In this document: positions 28,745 to 38,494 of the stretch, in pieces
Numbering within the stretch: position 1 is the first letter of the stretch
How the letters are laid out: each line of letters starts with the position of its first letter
Source: an uncultured Gammaproteobacteria bacterium
GTDB taxonomy: Bacteria > Patescibacteriota > Microgenomatia > Levybacterales > GWA1-39-11
Assembly (NCBI GenBank): GCA_964448725.1
Contig: CAYVAJ010000001.1
Location: 135,525-199,524 of the forward strand
Direction: 5' to 3'
Length of the DNA stretch: 64,000 bases
The notes under the pieces: model-generated
The model's input: the letters and a program-made list of their open reading frames with translations, nothing else
The model's database searches: none
Told to the model about the DNA's origin: nothing
Made by a program: the position numbers and the translations under genes

Positions 28745-30456
28745 AGATCAATGGTTGTTGGCGAAAAATTTATATTTTTAAATATCAAAACTTTGGGGTG
28801 ATCATATACAGTAAATGATTCATCTGCTGATTGGTCATCAATTGCAATATTGAGAATCGGGATGGTAGGATAATTGGTAAACTCAGCAACTTTTTCAAAT
28901 CCTAAATCTCCTGCAAATAACTGGTGATAGTATTGAGCTGTAGTAGGATAACATCTGCCAAGAGGAAGTTTATTGCAATCAGTCAATTTTTGAAGGGGTG
29001 TGTACAATCGATTGGAAGAGAGAATTATATAGTCTGTTTCCTGAAGATTTTCTTTCATCAATTGCCATTTTTTAACAGTATCTGGTTCATACAGGGGATA
29101 TTCGATAATATGGTAACGCTCAATACCGTAGAGTGGAAGACGATCATCCCAGTGCTCTACTCCTAGATTTTTTTCAGAGTCAATATTTTGATGTATCCAT
29201 TCAGAGGCGGCAACACGGGGATGTATGGAGAAATATATTTGTATAAATGATACTGGCCATAGTATAACGAGAAGAAAAAGAATAAAACTAGTGAATATCT
29301 TAACTGAGAGAAATGGAAGTCTTCCAATAAAAGGAAAAAATGTTTTTACGAGAGCAATACCAGCAAAAAGTGCGAGCAATGGATACAATGGAAGCATATA
29401 TCTCATCCACCCTACTGCAAAACTTCCAACAATAGCAAAATAGACGGCACAAAAAAAGATAATGCTCATAAATAAAACAGAATCTTTGTTTTTTATTCCT
29501 AGTTTAATAAACACAATACTGCCGACAAGAGAAAGAATGCTGATAGCTGGTCCCAGTCCCCAGAAGAATACGTTTTGTATCTCATACAAATACGGAATTT
29601 TTCCGACATACTGCAATGTATAAGGGAAAGTAAACGCACTTCTTGTCATTTCTGATTGAGCAGTAGTATCACTGATAAATGAAGAAAAATCTATCAATGC
29701 GTATGGTTGGCAAATAATTGTTGTAATACAAGCAAGAAGTAGAAAAGTAAGGGTGTTTTTTATGAGTTGTGACCAGTATTTTAAGGAAGTAATTGTTTTT
29801 AACTTTTTAGTATTTAATGAATGCAGCGGTAAAAGTAAGAAAATAATACCTAACGGTAATAATAGTGGTGCTGCGCTAATTTTTGTTGATATTGCACAAC
29901 CAAAACTTACAGCTGATGCAATAAGATATTTTTTTTCGTGTGTGGCAAAAAACTTAAGTCCACAGTACAATGTTCCCATCATAAAAAATGTAAGTAACAC
30001 ATCAACAACATAAAAATGAGAAGTTTGGATAGGAAGAACACTTATTGCATAAATAAATGCAGCAGCATACCCAACATACTTTGAAAATAAGAATCTCCCA
30101 AAAAGAAAAACAAGCACCATCGTTCCAACATCTACAAAAGCAGACAAATTTCTACCCACCATGAGCTGATACATGAAATTTTGGAAATCAGGATTATTAA
30201 GTGCTGCAAGCTGAATAAAGAATTTCAATAGATATATTGGCAGGCTTCCATAGGCAAAAAAATGTGGGTTAAGAGGGCTTTGTATTGAAAGGAATTCAGA
30301 GATAGATTGTGGAAGTGAAATATTTCCTATTATCATTACAATTGCCCGTTCATCAGGATGCAAACTATATCCATGATCCCAGTAGATTGATAGTACCCTC
30401 AGGAGAAAGGCAAGAGCGCAAAGAAGAAAAAGAATAATAAATGATTTAACGTTCAT
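28741..30456 (-). CDS. GT-C glycosyltransferase (PMT_2-like)
   Basis: 'HPDERAI', 'LNPHFFAYGSLPIY', 'RYMLPLYP', 'EHWDD', 'ADESFTVYDHP'. Confidence 0.85.
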   Translation of the reverse strand: MNVKSFIILFLLCALAFLLRVLSIYWDHGYSLHPDERAIVMIIGNISLPQSISEFLSIQSPLNPHFFAYGSLPIYLLKFFIQLAALNNPDFQNFMYQLMVGRNLSAFVDVGTMVLVFLFGRFLFSKYVGYAAAFIYAISVLPIQTSHFYVVDVLLTFFMMGTLYCGLKFFATHEKKYLIASAVSFGCAISTKISAAPLLLPLGIIFLLLPLHSLNTKKLKTITSLKYWSQLIKNTLTFLLLACITTIICQPYALIDFSSFISDTTAQSEMTRSAFTFPYTLQYVGKIPYLYEIQNVFFWGLGPAISILSLVGSIVFIKLGIKNKDSVLFMSIIFFCAVYFAIVGSFAVGWMRYMLPLYPLLALFAGIALVKTFFPFIGRLPFLSVKIFTSFILFLLVILWPVSFIQIYFSIHPRVAASEWIHQNIDSEKNLGVEHWDDRLPLYGIERYHIIEYPLYEPDTVKKWQLMKENLQETDYIILSSNRLYTPLQKLTDCNKLPLGRCYPTTAQYYHQLFAGDLGFEKVAEFTNYPTIPILNIAIDDQSADESFTVYDHPKVLIFKNINFSPTTIDL

Positions 30457-32110
30457 GATTTATTTTGAATATAGATACTGTCGGTCTGTCAAATACATTT
30501 GCAGTATCCTCTACTCCATATACTGGATCGCCAAGGTACAGTATTTTACAAAAAAAATCACAAGGTGTTTGATAAACCTGAGTAAAACGGGTGCTTGATA
30601 TCAGTGAAGAATAGAACATATGTCCATGAGGAAAATTCTGAGGATTATCAAGTCGTGATTTTATGATCCGTTGACTGGGAAGGATAATTATATCGTGATT
30701 TGATACTTCATGTGAGAGTGTATTTGCAAGATCTGGATTGTGTTCAAGATCATAAAAATTAAATAAAGAGATATGAGTAAATTTTTCATTAAAAGGCATA
30801 ATTCCGAGATCATAAACCTCAGAGAGTATTTTTGTTTCTTGAGAAAATATTTCATTTGCATAGATTGCAGCAGTAGTTCGTGTGTCTGGCTCTATATAGA
30901 CAGTTTTCAGTAATGCTGCTGTCCAGAGAACGCTTGATACCATTGCTACTCCTGTAATTAAGTAATGAATATTTTTAGTGAGATGTTTTTTTGAAAGCAC
31001 TGAAAGAGACAGTGCAACAATAAGGTATATAACAGGAAGCAGAGGAACAAAATAGCGAGTCCATTTTACAAAAAATACAAGTTGCGGAATTAATAAGAAT
31101 AGAAAAAAGAAAATGAGTAACGAAGTTTTGGAGTCTCTTTTTTTTAATTCGTATAAGAGAATAATAATAAATGCTGGTACAAAAATAGCAGCGATGAATG
31201 GATTGAGTAAATAAGGCAGTACATATAGTGCCTGATATATTCCGGGAATAGTATCGGTAAAGGTACCTGTATAAAAAACAGGAAGTGTTCCTAATGCGAC
31301 AGCAGATTCATATTGCATTGATCCACGAAATGCAGACCAGTCAAGAAAGGAAAATGGATTTGTGAGTATAAATATACCAATACAGATTGCTGCAAGTATT
31401 CCTGTGTTTGTACCTATTTTTTTAATAAGAGTAAGACGATTCCTTTTCGTTTTACTTGATCTTTTATTTTTTATTACTGTCAGGCTTACCAGTATTGGCA
31501 GTGGGAAAAGTGCAAGTGAAGATATTTTGATTGAAATAAGTATGCCAAGTGTTATACAAGTAAAGAGAAAATAACGATGGTGAGATGTTTTTAGATAGAG
31601 GACTAATTGATAAAGCAGTAATAATGAAAAGAATGTAAGATACATCTCAAAAGTACCAAAATGTGCGTATTGGATAAGTCCGACACTCAGAGTTGATAAA
31701 AAAACAGTAATAAGAGCGAATTTCTTGGAGATATAGTGAAGGGCTGTGAAATAGAGAAGAGCTAGGGTGCCAATACTTAGTCCAGCTGAAAAAAATCGTC
31801 CAATAATAATGGCTTGTTCAAATGATACATTCCAAATATCATTCTGCTGAAAAAGAAAGGTCATGCTATTAATAATGACGCCAGTGAAATAGATACTGTA
31901 AATTGGCAGACTTCCATAGGCAAAAAAATGTGGATTTAATTGTTCAGGTGCATAGAGCTGACTAATTGATGATGCAATATTGCGTTCATCAGGATGAAAA
32001 TAAAAAGGAGCACCCCAATTGAGATCGTAAAATCGCAGAAACACTGCTACTGCTAATAAAAAGATAAGTATGAAGTGACTGTTTTTTATATATGTAAAAA
32101 AAGACTTCAT
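30446..32110 (-). CDS. GT-C glycosyltransferase (PMT_2-like), paralog of 28741..30456
   Basis: 'HPDERNI', 'LNPHFFAYGSLPIY', 'RYFVPLLP', 'VFDRP'. Confidence 0.85.
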   Translation of the reverse strand: MKSFFTYIKNSHFILIFLLAVAVFLRFYDLNWGAPFYFHPDERNIASSISQLYAPEQLNPHFFAYGSLPIYSIYFTGVIINSMTFLFQQNDIWNVSFEQAIIIGRFFSAGLSIGTLALLYFTALHYISKKFALITVFLSTLSVGLIQYAHFGTFEMYLTFFSLLLLYQLVLYLKTSHHRYFLFTCITLGILISIKISSLALFPLPILVSLTVIKNKRSSKTKRNRLTLIKKIGTNTGILAAICIGIFILTNPFSFLDWSAFRGSMQYESAVALGTLPVFYTGTFTDTIPGIYQALYVLPYLLNPFIAAIFVPAFIIILLYELKKRDSKTSLLIFFFLFLLIPQLVFFVKWTRYFVPLLPVIYLIVALSLSVLSKKHLTKNIHYLITGVAMVSSVLWTAALLKTVYIEPDTRTTAAIYANEIFSQETKILSEVYDLGIMPFNEKFTHISLFNFYDLEHNPDLANTLSHEVSNHDIIILPSQRIIKSRLDNPQNFPHGHMFYSSLISSTRFTQVYQTPCDFFCKILYLGDPVYGVEDTANVFDRPTVSIFKINHER

Positions 32111-32148
32111 AATGAGAAATTAAATTCAGGGTTAATTAGCATAATTAG

Positions 32149-33438
32149 TTACTTTTCTTTATCGATCATTTCAGCAATTTTTTGTCCCAGTTCTACTGCA
32201 TAATTTGTTCCTCGATCCCAGGGATATACTTGCTGCATATTTGCTAAAAAAATTCCCTCAAGAGGTGTGGTAAATGATGGGATCATTTTTGAGTAGTTTG
32301 CAGGTACAATTGGTTGAGCAAAGGGCGCACGAAATACTTCATAATCAATAAGATTATTTGCATAGTCTGGGTTTATTTTTTTCAAAAATGGATCATATAA
32401 TTTGAGAAGTTGTTCATTAGATTGAGTAAATTTCATATCATCAACAGGCATGTAATTGCCAACATAGACAATATGTTCATTATTGTAGTTTTTTTTATTC
32501 ATAAAATTAGTGTGTTCTACCAATACCATAATATTTGCCTCAGTTGTACAGATGCTCAACCAATAAGTACCATCAGTAAGGAAGGGCTTTTTTAGGCGAA
32601 GTATCATATTCGTGGCAGCAAGCCCTTGTAGTTTGGCAAGATTTTTTGTGTATGTTGAGGGAAGCTGTGGAGTGACTTTTGTAAAAAGATGAGTAGGTAA
32701 GGTAACAATAACTTTATCAAATGTTTGTAATTCCTTTTTCCCTTGTCGTTCAAATTCCAGTGTGGGTTTAGTGTTATTTAGAGTTATTTTTTTTATTTCA
32801 CTCCCATAATAAATAGTTCCTCCTCCATTGATAATTTTTTTTGATAAATGTTGAGCAAATGGTAAAAATCCTCCTTTTGGATAGGCAAGTGATGTAGTAC
32901 GTTTTTTTATACGTGCCCAAAACCAAACAAGTGAAATGTCATCAACATACTTGCTAAGTTTATTAATCAGCTGAGGTTCCCAGATGAGTTTATATGCTTT
33001 TTCCCCAATAAGTTGAGGAAGAATTTTTGTTGTTTTAATATTCTCGAGTATTCTCCAAAATGGATTAAAGCGGAACAGAAAAGCAAATACGGCAGCCATC
33101 CGAAAACGGTCAAAAAGAGATAATAAAGGAAAGGTAAGGAGTTTGAGTGGTGAATCAAGCTGGTAAGTAGTATTATTAATATAGACTGATGTTTTTGGAC
33201 GATTGGTTATAACAGGATAGTCTGTTTCTTTTGCAAGAGTAAGAACTGAATCATCATTGGTAAACCAATGATGATAGTGCTGCTCTAGCGTCCACTCCCA
33301 TTTCTTTTCTGAATAGCCCAATGCAAGACCACCTGGTTGAAAATCTTTTTCAATCAGTACTACTTCATGGCCCTTTTTTTGTAATGCAAATCCGGCAGCA
33401 AGACCAGTAAATCCTGCACCAATAATTCCTACTTTCAT
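32149..33438 (-). CDS. FAD-dependent oxidoreductase (amine oxidase/protoporphyrinogen oxidase-like fold)
   Basis: 'VGIIGAGFTGLAAG', 'EK...PGGLA', 'EQHYHHWF', 'YPWDRGTNYAVE'. Confidence 0.85.
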   Translation of the reverse strand: MKVGIIGAGFTGLAAGFALQKKGHEVVLIEKDFQPGGLALGYSEKKWEWTLEQHYHHWFTNDDSVLTLAKETDYPVITNRPKTSVYINNTTYQLDSPLKLLTFPLLSLFDRFRMAAVFAFLFRFNPFWRILENIKTTKILPQLIGEKAYKLIWEPQLINKLSKYVDDISLVWFWARIKKRTTSLAYPKGGFLPFAQHLSKKIINGGGTIYYGSEIKKITLNNTKPTLEFERQGKKELQTFDKVIVTLPTHLFTKVTPQLPSTYTKNLAKLQGLAATNMILRLKKPFLTDGTYWLSICTTEANIMVLVEHTNFMNKKNYNNEHIVYVGNYMPVDDMKFTQSNEQLLKLYDPFLKKINPDYANNLIDYEVFRAPFAQPIVPANYSKMIPSFTTPLEGIFLANMQQVYPWDRGTNYAVELGQKIAEMIDKEK

Positions 33439-33441
33439 AGC

Positions 33442-34824
33442 TTACCCAAGGATAAAAAGTAAAGTGGCTCCTGTTACGATCAGTATAACAGACCCAAATG
33501 TTATAAGCAGTGTAGAAACACTTCCAGGTGGCGTTGGAGTTATTGTAATAATTGGTTGTATTGTAGGTATTGGAGTGGCTGTAGGAATTACAGTAGGTAT
33601 TGCTGTAGGAATTACAGTAGGAGTAGGGGTAACTGTCTCTGTCACTGTTGGAGAGGGCATAACTGTTGTTGTAGGAGAAGGCTCTGCTGTTGGAGTAGGT
33701 GTGCGTGTTGGAGTGAGAGTAGCTGAGGGTGTTGCAGTCTCTGCTACTTGTGATCCTGCAGGGAAAATTAAAAAATCATGAGTTACTGCTTTTGTTACAC
33801 CATAAGAATCTTTTGCTTGCGCAGTAATGGTATTTTTTCCTTGAGGTAGTGGACTATCTGGTCTGAACTGCCACTGTCCTGTTGAACTGGTAGTAACAGT
33901 AGTTGTAAGATTGCTTGGTTCAAGAAAAAGAGAGACGGTTGTTCGAGGAGCTGCAGTTCCCTTGATCAGTGGTTGATCATCAATAGTTGATTCTCCAATC
34001 ACTGGATTGGTAATACGTACTGTTGATTGTATAGTACTTGGAGTTGGAATTGTTAATTGTGCCTCACTTGTTGCTTCTGGTGTATCTGGAGCGATTACCG
34101 AAAAATCATAATTTTGGGAAAGAGTAAGTGGAGGAATTTCAAAAATATTTTCATAATTAACGGTTGCTCGTGATGCAAGATCAGCACTATATGCGGCAAT
34201 AGTAAATGTGGTGTGTCTAGTAAAATCAACATATTTTGAAAGGTCACGTGATTTTAATCGTGATATGTCAAAAATGTACTCCCCCTCACCATTAGTTAGT
34301 ATACTCAGTATTTGTGAATCAGTACTTTGTAATGTGACTAAAACATTTGTACCTATTGACCCATCAGTATTAATTATTTTTCCTGTTACCGGAAGCGTGT
34401 TTATCTCGGTATCTTCCAGTAAAGGTGCAGTTGTTACCCTATATGGCTCTTCGTTGTCCCGAAAGGTTTTTCCTTCAAGTAATATTACATACTCATACTC
34501 TGTTGATGGACTGAGATTGGGGATAGTTATCCGATGTGTTGTTCGCGCTTCTGGAGATGAGTTTTGAAAAAAGACAGAGGTAGGAAGTGTTGATCCTGAT
34601 ACTTGAACACCGGCAACGGACTCTGTTTTAGTAGTAAAAGCAATGGTAAAGGTATCGTGTGCAAGATCAGTGACATATATATTTTGTGGTTGAGTGTCAG
34701 AGGAGGCTTGTCCTACAGTTCCTGTTTGTTGTACCACAAAATACCGAGTCAGAAAAATACTTCCTGCAATAAGAAGCAGAGCAAAAAGAGTTGGTATGCG
34801 GATTTCCCATAGTGGTTTTTTCAT
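33442..34824 (-). CDS. Surface protein: N-terminal TM, FN3-like and Ig-like domains, Pro/Thr linker, C-terminal PPGS+TM
   Basis: 'HRITIPNLSPSTEYEY' (FN3); 'PLIKGTAAP...GQWQF..PLPQGKNTIT' (Big-like); PT-rich tract. Confidence 0.8.
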   Translation of the reverse strand: MKKPLWEIRIPTLFALLLIAGSIFLTRYFVVQQTGTVGQASSDTQPQNIYVTDLAHDTFTIAFTTKTESVAGVQVSGSTLPTSVFFQNSSPEARTTHRITIPNLSPSTEYEYVILLEGKTFRDNEEPYRVTTAPLLEDTEINTLPVTGKIINTDGSIGTNVLVTLQSTDSQILSILTNGEGEYIFDISRLKSRDLSKYVDFTRHTTFTIAAYSADLASRATVNYENIFEIPPLTLSQNYDFSVIAPDTPEATSEAQLTIPTPSTIQSTVRITNPVIGESTIDDQPLIKGTAAPRTTVSLFLEPSNLTTTVTTSSTGQWQFRPDSPLPQGKNTITAQAKDSYGVTKAVTHDFLIFPAGSQVAETATPSATLTPTRTPTPTAEPSPTTTVMPSPTVTETVTPTPTVIPTAIPTVIPTATPIPTIQPIITITPTPPGSVSTLLITFGSVILIVTGATLLFILG

Positions 34825-34827
34825 ACG

Positions 34828-35145
34828 TTATATAGGTTCTTCTATTTGATTGGATGATTCCTCAACCTCAGCACTGATTGAACTCTCTTGTATCTCAGTA
34901 TTAGGTGGAAGAATATACTCCGCAGTTTCAGAGAGATCAATTGGGACTGAAATTCGACTACCTACTTGTTCCATTGTCTGAGTATCAAAAGAGGGAGGAA
35001 TAGGGGTTGTATACTTGCTTGTATCTTCTGAAATCGTTGGACTAGTGATACTAAAGTATAGTGTTGCTCCAATCCAAGTTACCACAACAAAGGTTGTTAA
35101 GATTGCTCCATAGTATAAGTGTTTTAATACTGTATTACTGTGCAT
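34828..35145 (-). CDS. Small single-TM protein in the pilN/pilO operon
   Basis: 105-aa ORF overlapping the pilO-like gene. Confidence 0.7.
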   Translation of the reverse strand: MHSNTVLKHLYYGAILTTFVVVTWIGATLYFSITSPTISEDTSKYTTPIPPSFDTQTMEQVGSRISVPIDLSETAEYILPPNTEIQESSISAEVEESSNQIEEPI

Positions 35146-35755
35146 AGAAAAAGACCCTTCCCGTTATCGTTACTTCTGATCGGCTTGTATCTGTTCGGCC
35201 GGTACCTATTGTGTCAATGCTTAATATTCTGTCAAAATTTATAACCTCTGATATAAAGGTATTAATATCTTCTGTACTTCCTATGAGATTCATATTGAGA
35301 GTATACGAATATAATGGTGGCGTTTTTTTTGCTGTAGGAAAATACTCAATTGCTCCGGTATTAATTCCGGCAATAAAAAGGCTGTTTCTTTGTGCAAGAA
35401 CCTCTATTTTTCTAATAACTTCAGGAATTTGTGCTGTTGCTGGTATTGCCTCATTAACTCGTGTAATTTGTGAGGCATTTTGTGCATACAGAGAGTCCAG
35501 TGTTTGTAGGTTTTGTAATTTAGTTGAGAGATTGTCATAAACTAATTGTTTGTCCGCATATTGCTTACGGAGTGTTGAAATAGTTGAAAGAGTTGGCATA
35601 ATTGCAAAAAGACCAAAAAAAGATACGGTAAATAATGTCAAGGTAAGATAAAGGTATGCAACATATTTTTGCTGTTCATGAAATTTACGTAATTCAGGGT
35701 ACTTAGTACTATATACCTTATAAAGTTCTTTAAAATTTAATTTTGGTTTATTCAT
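35135..35755 (-). CDS. pilO: PilO-like type IV pilus alignment protein
   Basis: TM, coiled coil, 'AIP..AQIPEVIRKIE.LA', 'GSTEDINTFI..V...DRILSI' ferredoxin-like fold. Confidence 0.7.
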   Translation of the reverse strand: MNKPKLNFKELYKVYSTKYPELRKFHEQQKYVAYLYLTLTLFTVSFFGLFAIMPTLSTISTLRKQYADKQLVYDNLSTKLQNLQTLDSLYAQNASQITRVNEAIPATAQIPEVIRKIEVLAQRNSLFIAGINTGAIEYFPTAKKTPPLYSYTLNMNLIGSTEDINTFISEVINFDRILSIDTIGTGRTDTSRSEVTITGRVFFYAQ

Positions 35756-36387
35756 AAGAGAGTATTAGCTTCTGGTTCTGAGTTTTCTGTTTCTTCTGTA
35801 AGTTCAGCAAGTGTAATATTTAGTTTAAATAAAATACCTGCATCAGTACTGGTAATCTCATCAATACTAATGCTTGTGACGTAATCATTTGCCTTGAGAT
35901 CTTCGACAAAATTGTGTATTGAAAAGATTGACGATGCTACTCCATTGAGAGATATAATATTTTTATTTACATTAAGATTATTTGCAGAAAATATTCCTCT
36001 ATTTGTAGTATCAAGAACTTTATTCATAACGTCTATTTTTGCGTCAGTATCGAGTTTAATAGTTTGTATCATTGATAATTTATCTTGTACTGCTCTAAAT
36101 TGATTTTCTTTTTCTTCATTACTTCTTATGAGCAAAACTTGTGTGGCAATTTGATCATTAATATCGGCAATTTGTCGGTCAATGACAAATCGATAAAAAA
36201 GCGCAGATAATGCAACCAGCTCAGTAAGTACAATAACAATACGCCCAATATTAATTGCCCATTTATAGAAAAGGCTTCCCGTTGATTCTTTTGGTCTTCC
36301 TGATAGATTAATGGAAATGTTTTTTTTCTCTTCACCAGAAGAGTTCCCTTGTGAGGCATCTTTTTGTACTCCTGAATCGGCAGGCAT
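35752..36387 (-). CDS. pilN: PilN-like protein
   Basis: 'ISINL' before the TM, coiled coil, 'ISLNGVA.S...IHNFVEDL...FKLNI'; directly upstream of the pilO-like gene. Confidence 0.6.
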   Translation of the reverse strand: MPADSGVQKDASQGNSSGEEKKNISINLSGRPKESTGSLFYKWAINIGRIVIVLTELVALSALFYRFVIDRQIADINDQIATQVLLIRSNEEKENQFRAVQDKLSMIQTIKLDTDAKIDVMNKVLDTTNRGIFSANNLNVNKNIISLNGVASSIFSIHNFVEDLKANDYVTSISIDEITSTDAGILFKLNITLAELTEETENSEPEANTLL

Positions 36388-36397
36388 AGTAACTATC

Positions 36398-36428
36398 AGT
36401 GTAGTGGATTTTTGACACGTTTGTCAAA
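36398..36428 (-). promoter_or_regulatory. Promoter of the pilN operon with a palindrome over the -35
   Basis: Minus strand TTGACA (36427-36422), 18 bp, TACACT (36403-36398); TTTGACA-cgtt-TGTCAAA at 36411-36428. Confidence 0.6.
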
Positions 36429-36456
36429 GATAATTTGAGGGGAAGAAGAGCTTTTT

Positions 36457-36732
36457 TTACGCACTCGCTTGAGTTTTTGCTTTGCTTACTTTTGCGGGCT
36501 TGATTGTTTTTGCAATTTGTGACTTTAATCGTGCTGCTTTATTGCTATGCAATAAGTTCTTTTTTGCTGCTTTATCCACAATAGAATATGCTTCTTTGAG
36601 TACTGCTATGTCTGCATTGCTTTTTTTGACTTGTCGCAGAGTATCTCGAAGCTCTTTGCGGAATTCATCATTCCGTATTTCCCGTACACGATCTTTACGA
36701 AGTTTTTTAATTGCTGATTTAATAACTGGCAT
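36457..36732 (-). CDS. rpsT: 30S ribosomal protein S20
   Basis: 'MPVIKSAIKKLR...N...VDKAAKKNLLHSNKAARLKS'. Confidence 0.95.
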   Translation of the reverse strand: MPVIKSAIKKLRKDRVREIRNDEFRKELRDTLRQVKKSNADIAVLKEAYSIVDKAAKKNLLHSNKAARLKSQIAKTIKPAKVSKAKTQASA

Positions 36733-36847
36733 AGGCGTATTCTACCATGTTATACTTAGGAACACAAGAATCTTGAATTTTCGTGTCAAAAATCACCTCT
36801 TGATTGTAGTACTGAAATTCTGCGATTATTAAATCCGTGTATGGTAT

Positions 36848-38494
36848 ATGGTAAAAGACCTATTTAAAAAAGGTATTGGGGCAATAACGTCAAAACAAAC
36901 AAGCATATTTTCTGCCGCATTCTTTATTGTGCTTACTTCGGCAGCAGGCCAATTCTTAGGGTATTTTAAATATCGCTTGCTTGCAATGATTTATGGACCA
37001 TCTCCTGATTTGGGAGTTTACCTCGCATCATTTAAGGTTCCTGATTTTATTTTTCAGGTATTTATCGCAAGTGCGCTTACTTCAGCATTTATTCCAATCT
37101 TTACTGATTATTTAGATAAAGAGGATAAAAAGCGTACGAATGAATTTATTTCATCACTCATGACTATCGGGGTTGGCTTTTATGGAGTTGTTGCCCTTGT
37201 TATTGCAGTATTTGCGTATCCTATTTCTCAAAAAATTGCACCAGGATTCAATCCGCGAGAACTTGAATTAATGGTTAATCTCACAAGAATTATATTATTT
37301 TGCCAAGTGTTTTTTATACTTGGAACTATTGCTACTGGCATGCTGCAATCATTGCAGCATTTTTTACTTGCAGGGCTTGCATCAGCACTCTATAACCTGG
37401 GAATTATTGTAGGGTTACTTATATTTGCATCAACCTATGGAATTTACGGTGCAGTATTGGGAGTGTTACTTGGAGCATTTTTGTTCTTTGTTGTCCAAGT
37501 CCCATTACTGATTCGTTCTGGATATAAATTTATCCCTCGGCTTATTATAAGTTCTGGAGCGATAAAAGTATTGCATCTAATGGGCCCTCGTGCATTAACT
37601 TCTCTTGTTATTCAACTTGTATCGCTTGCAAATCTTTTTTTTATTTCACTAATTTCTGCTCGCAGCATGGTATTCTTTGAATTTGCCAGTACCCTTATGC
37701 TTGTGCCAGTTTTACTTTTTGGACAATCTATTGCTCAGGCAAGCTTTCCTTCTCTTGCAAAAAAATCAAAAAATCATCAAGAATTCCTCAATATTTTTGT
37801 TCCATCATTTAATCAGATTCTTTTTTTCGCGCTGCCGATTAGTGCACTTTTTATAATCTTGAGAATACCAATTGTTCGTCTTGCATTTGGGGTCGATAGA
37901 TTTGATTGGGAAGCAACAGTACTTACGGGAATGACACTTGCTGCGTTTGCCTTGTCTATTGCTGCTCAATCATTAATCTATTTATTAAGCCGCGCATTTT
38001 TTGCAATGAAGGACACAAAAACTCCGTTTTTGATCACAACGGTTTCGGTCATAATCAATATTACACTTGCATATCTTTTTATTATAGTTTTGAAAAAAGA
38101 TGTCTACTATTTAGCTCTTGCGTTTTCAATTGCGAATATTATCTCAGCAGTTATTATGACGATTTATATGAATATCCATATTGAACTACCAAAGTTTTCA
38201 ATGGGAGTAAGTGTAGTAAAAACGTTGATAGCTACTCTTATCATGGGTTTTTCCCTCTACATTCCTATTAAGCTTCTTGATCAGTTAGTATTTGATACGA
38301 CTCGCACAATAGGTTTGATTATGCTTACTGGAATTGCATCATTTCTAGGGTTGCTCTCATTTCTGTTCTTTACTTGGTTACTTGAAATACGAGAAGCATA
38401 CTATATACTTGCAGTGGTAAGACGGTTTAGTAGCCGCACCCCAATTCTTAAAAATATAGGAGAAATTATCGATGGACCAAAAATTAATACGTAA
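36848..38494 (+). CDS. murJ: Lipid II flippase MurJ/MviN
   Basis: 'SFKVPDFI...ALTSAFIPIF', 'APGF', 'YNLGII', 'SIAQASFPSL', 'RAFFAMKDTKTP'. Confidence 0.9.
   Translation: MVKDLFKKGIGAITSKQTSIFSAAFFIVLTSAAGQFLGYFKYRLLAMIYGPSPDLGVYLASFKVPDFIFQVFIASALTSAFIPIFTDYLDKEDKKRTNEFISSLMTIGVGFYGVVALVIAVFAYPISQKIAPGFNPRELELMVNLTRIILFCQVFFILGTIATGMLQSLQHFLLAGLASALYNLGIIVGLLIFASTYGIYGAVLGVLLGAFLFFVVQVPLLIRSGYKFIPRLIISSGAIKVLHLMGPRALTSLVIQLVSLANLFFISLISARSMVFFEFASTLMLVPVLLFGQSIAQASFPSLAKKSKNHQEFLNIFVPSFNQILFFALPISALFIILRIPIVRLAFGVDRFDWEATVLTGMTLAAFALSIAAQSLIYLLSRAFFAMKDTKTPFLITTVSVIINITLAYLFIIVLKKDVYYLALAFSIANIISAVIMTIYMNIHIELPKFSMGVSVVKTLIATLIMGFSLYIPIKLLDQLVFDTTRTIGLIMLTGIASFLGLLSFLFFTWLLEIREAYYILAVVRRFSSRTPILKNIGEIIDGPKINT

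Noticed and set aside
33530-33745. Repetitive DNA in the PT-rich linker (also about 41260-41335)
   Set aside because: Explained by low-complexity Pro/Thr protein linkers, not an independent DNA element.
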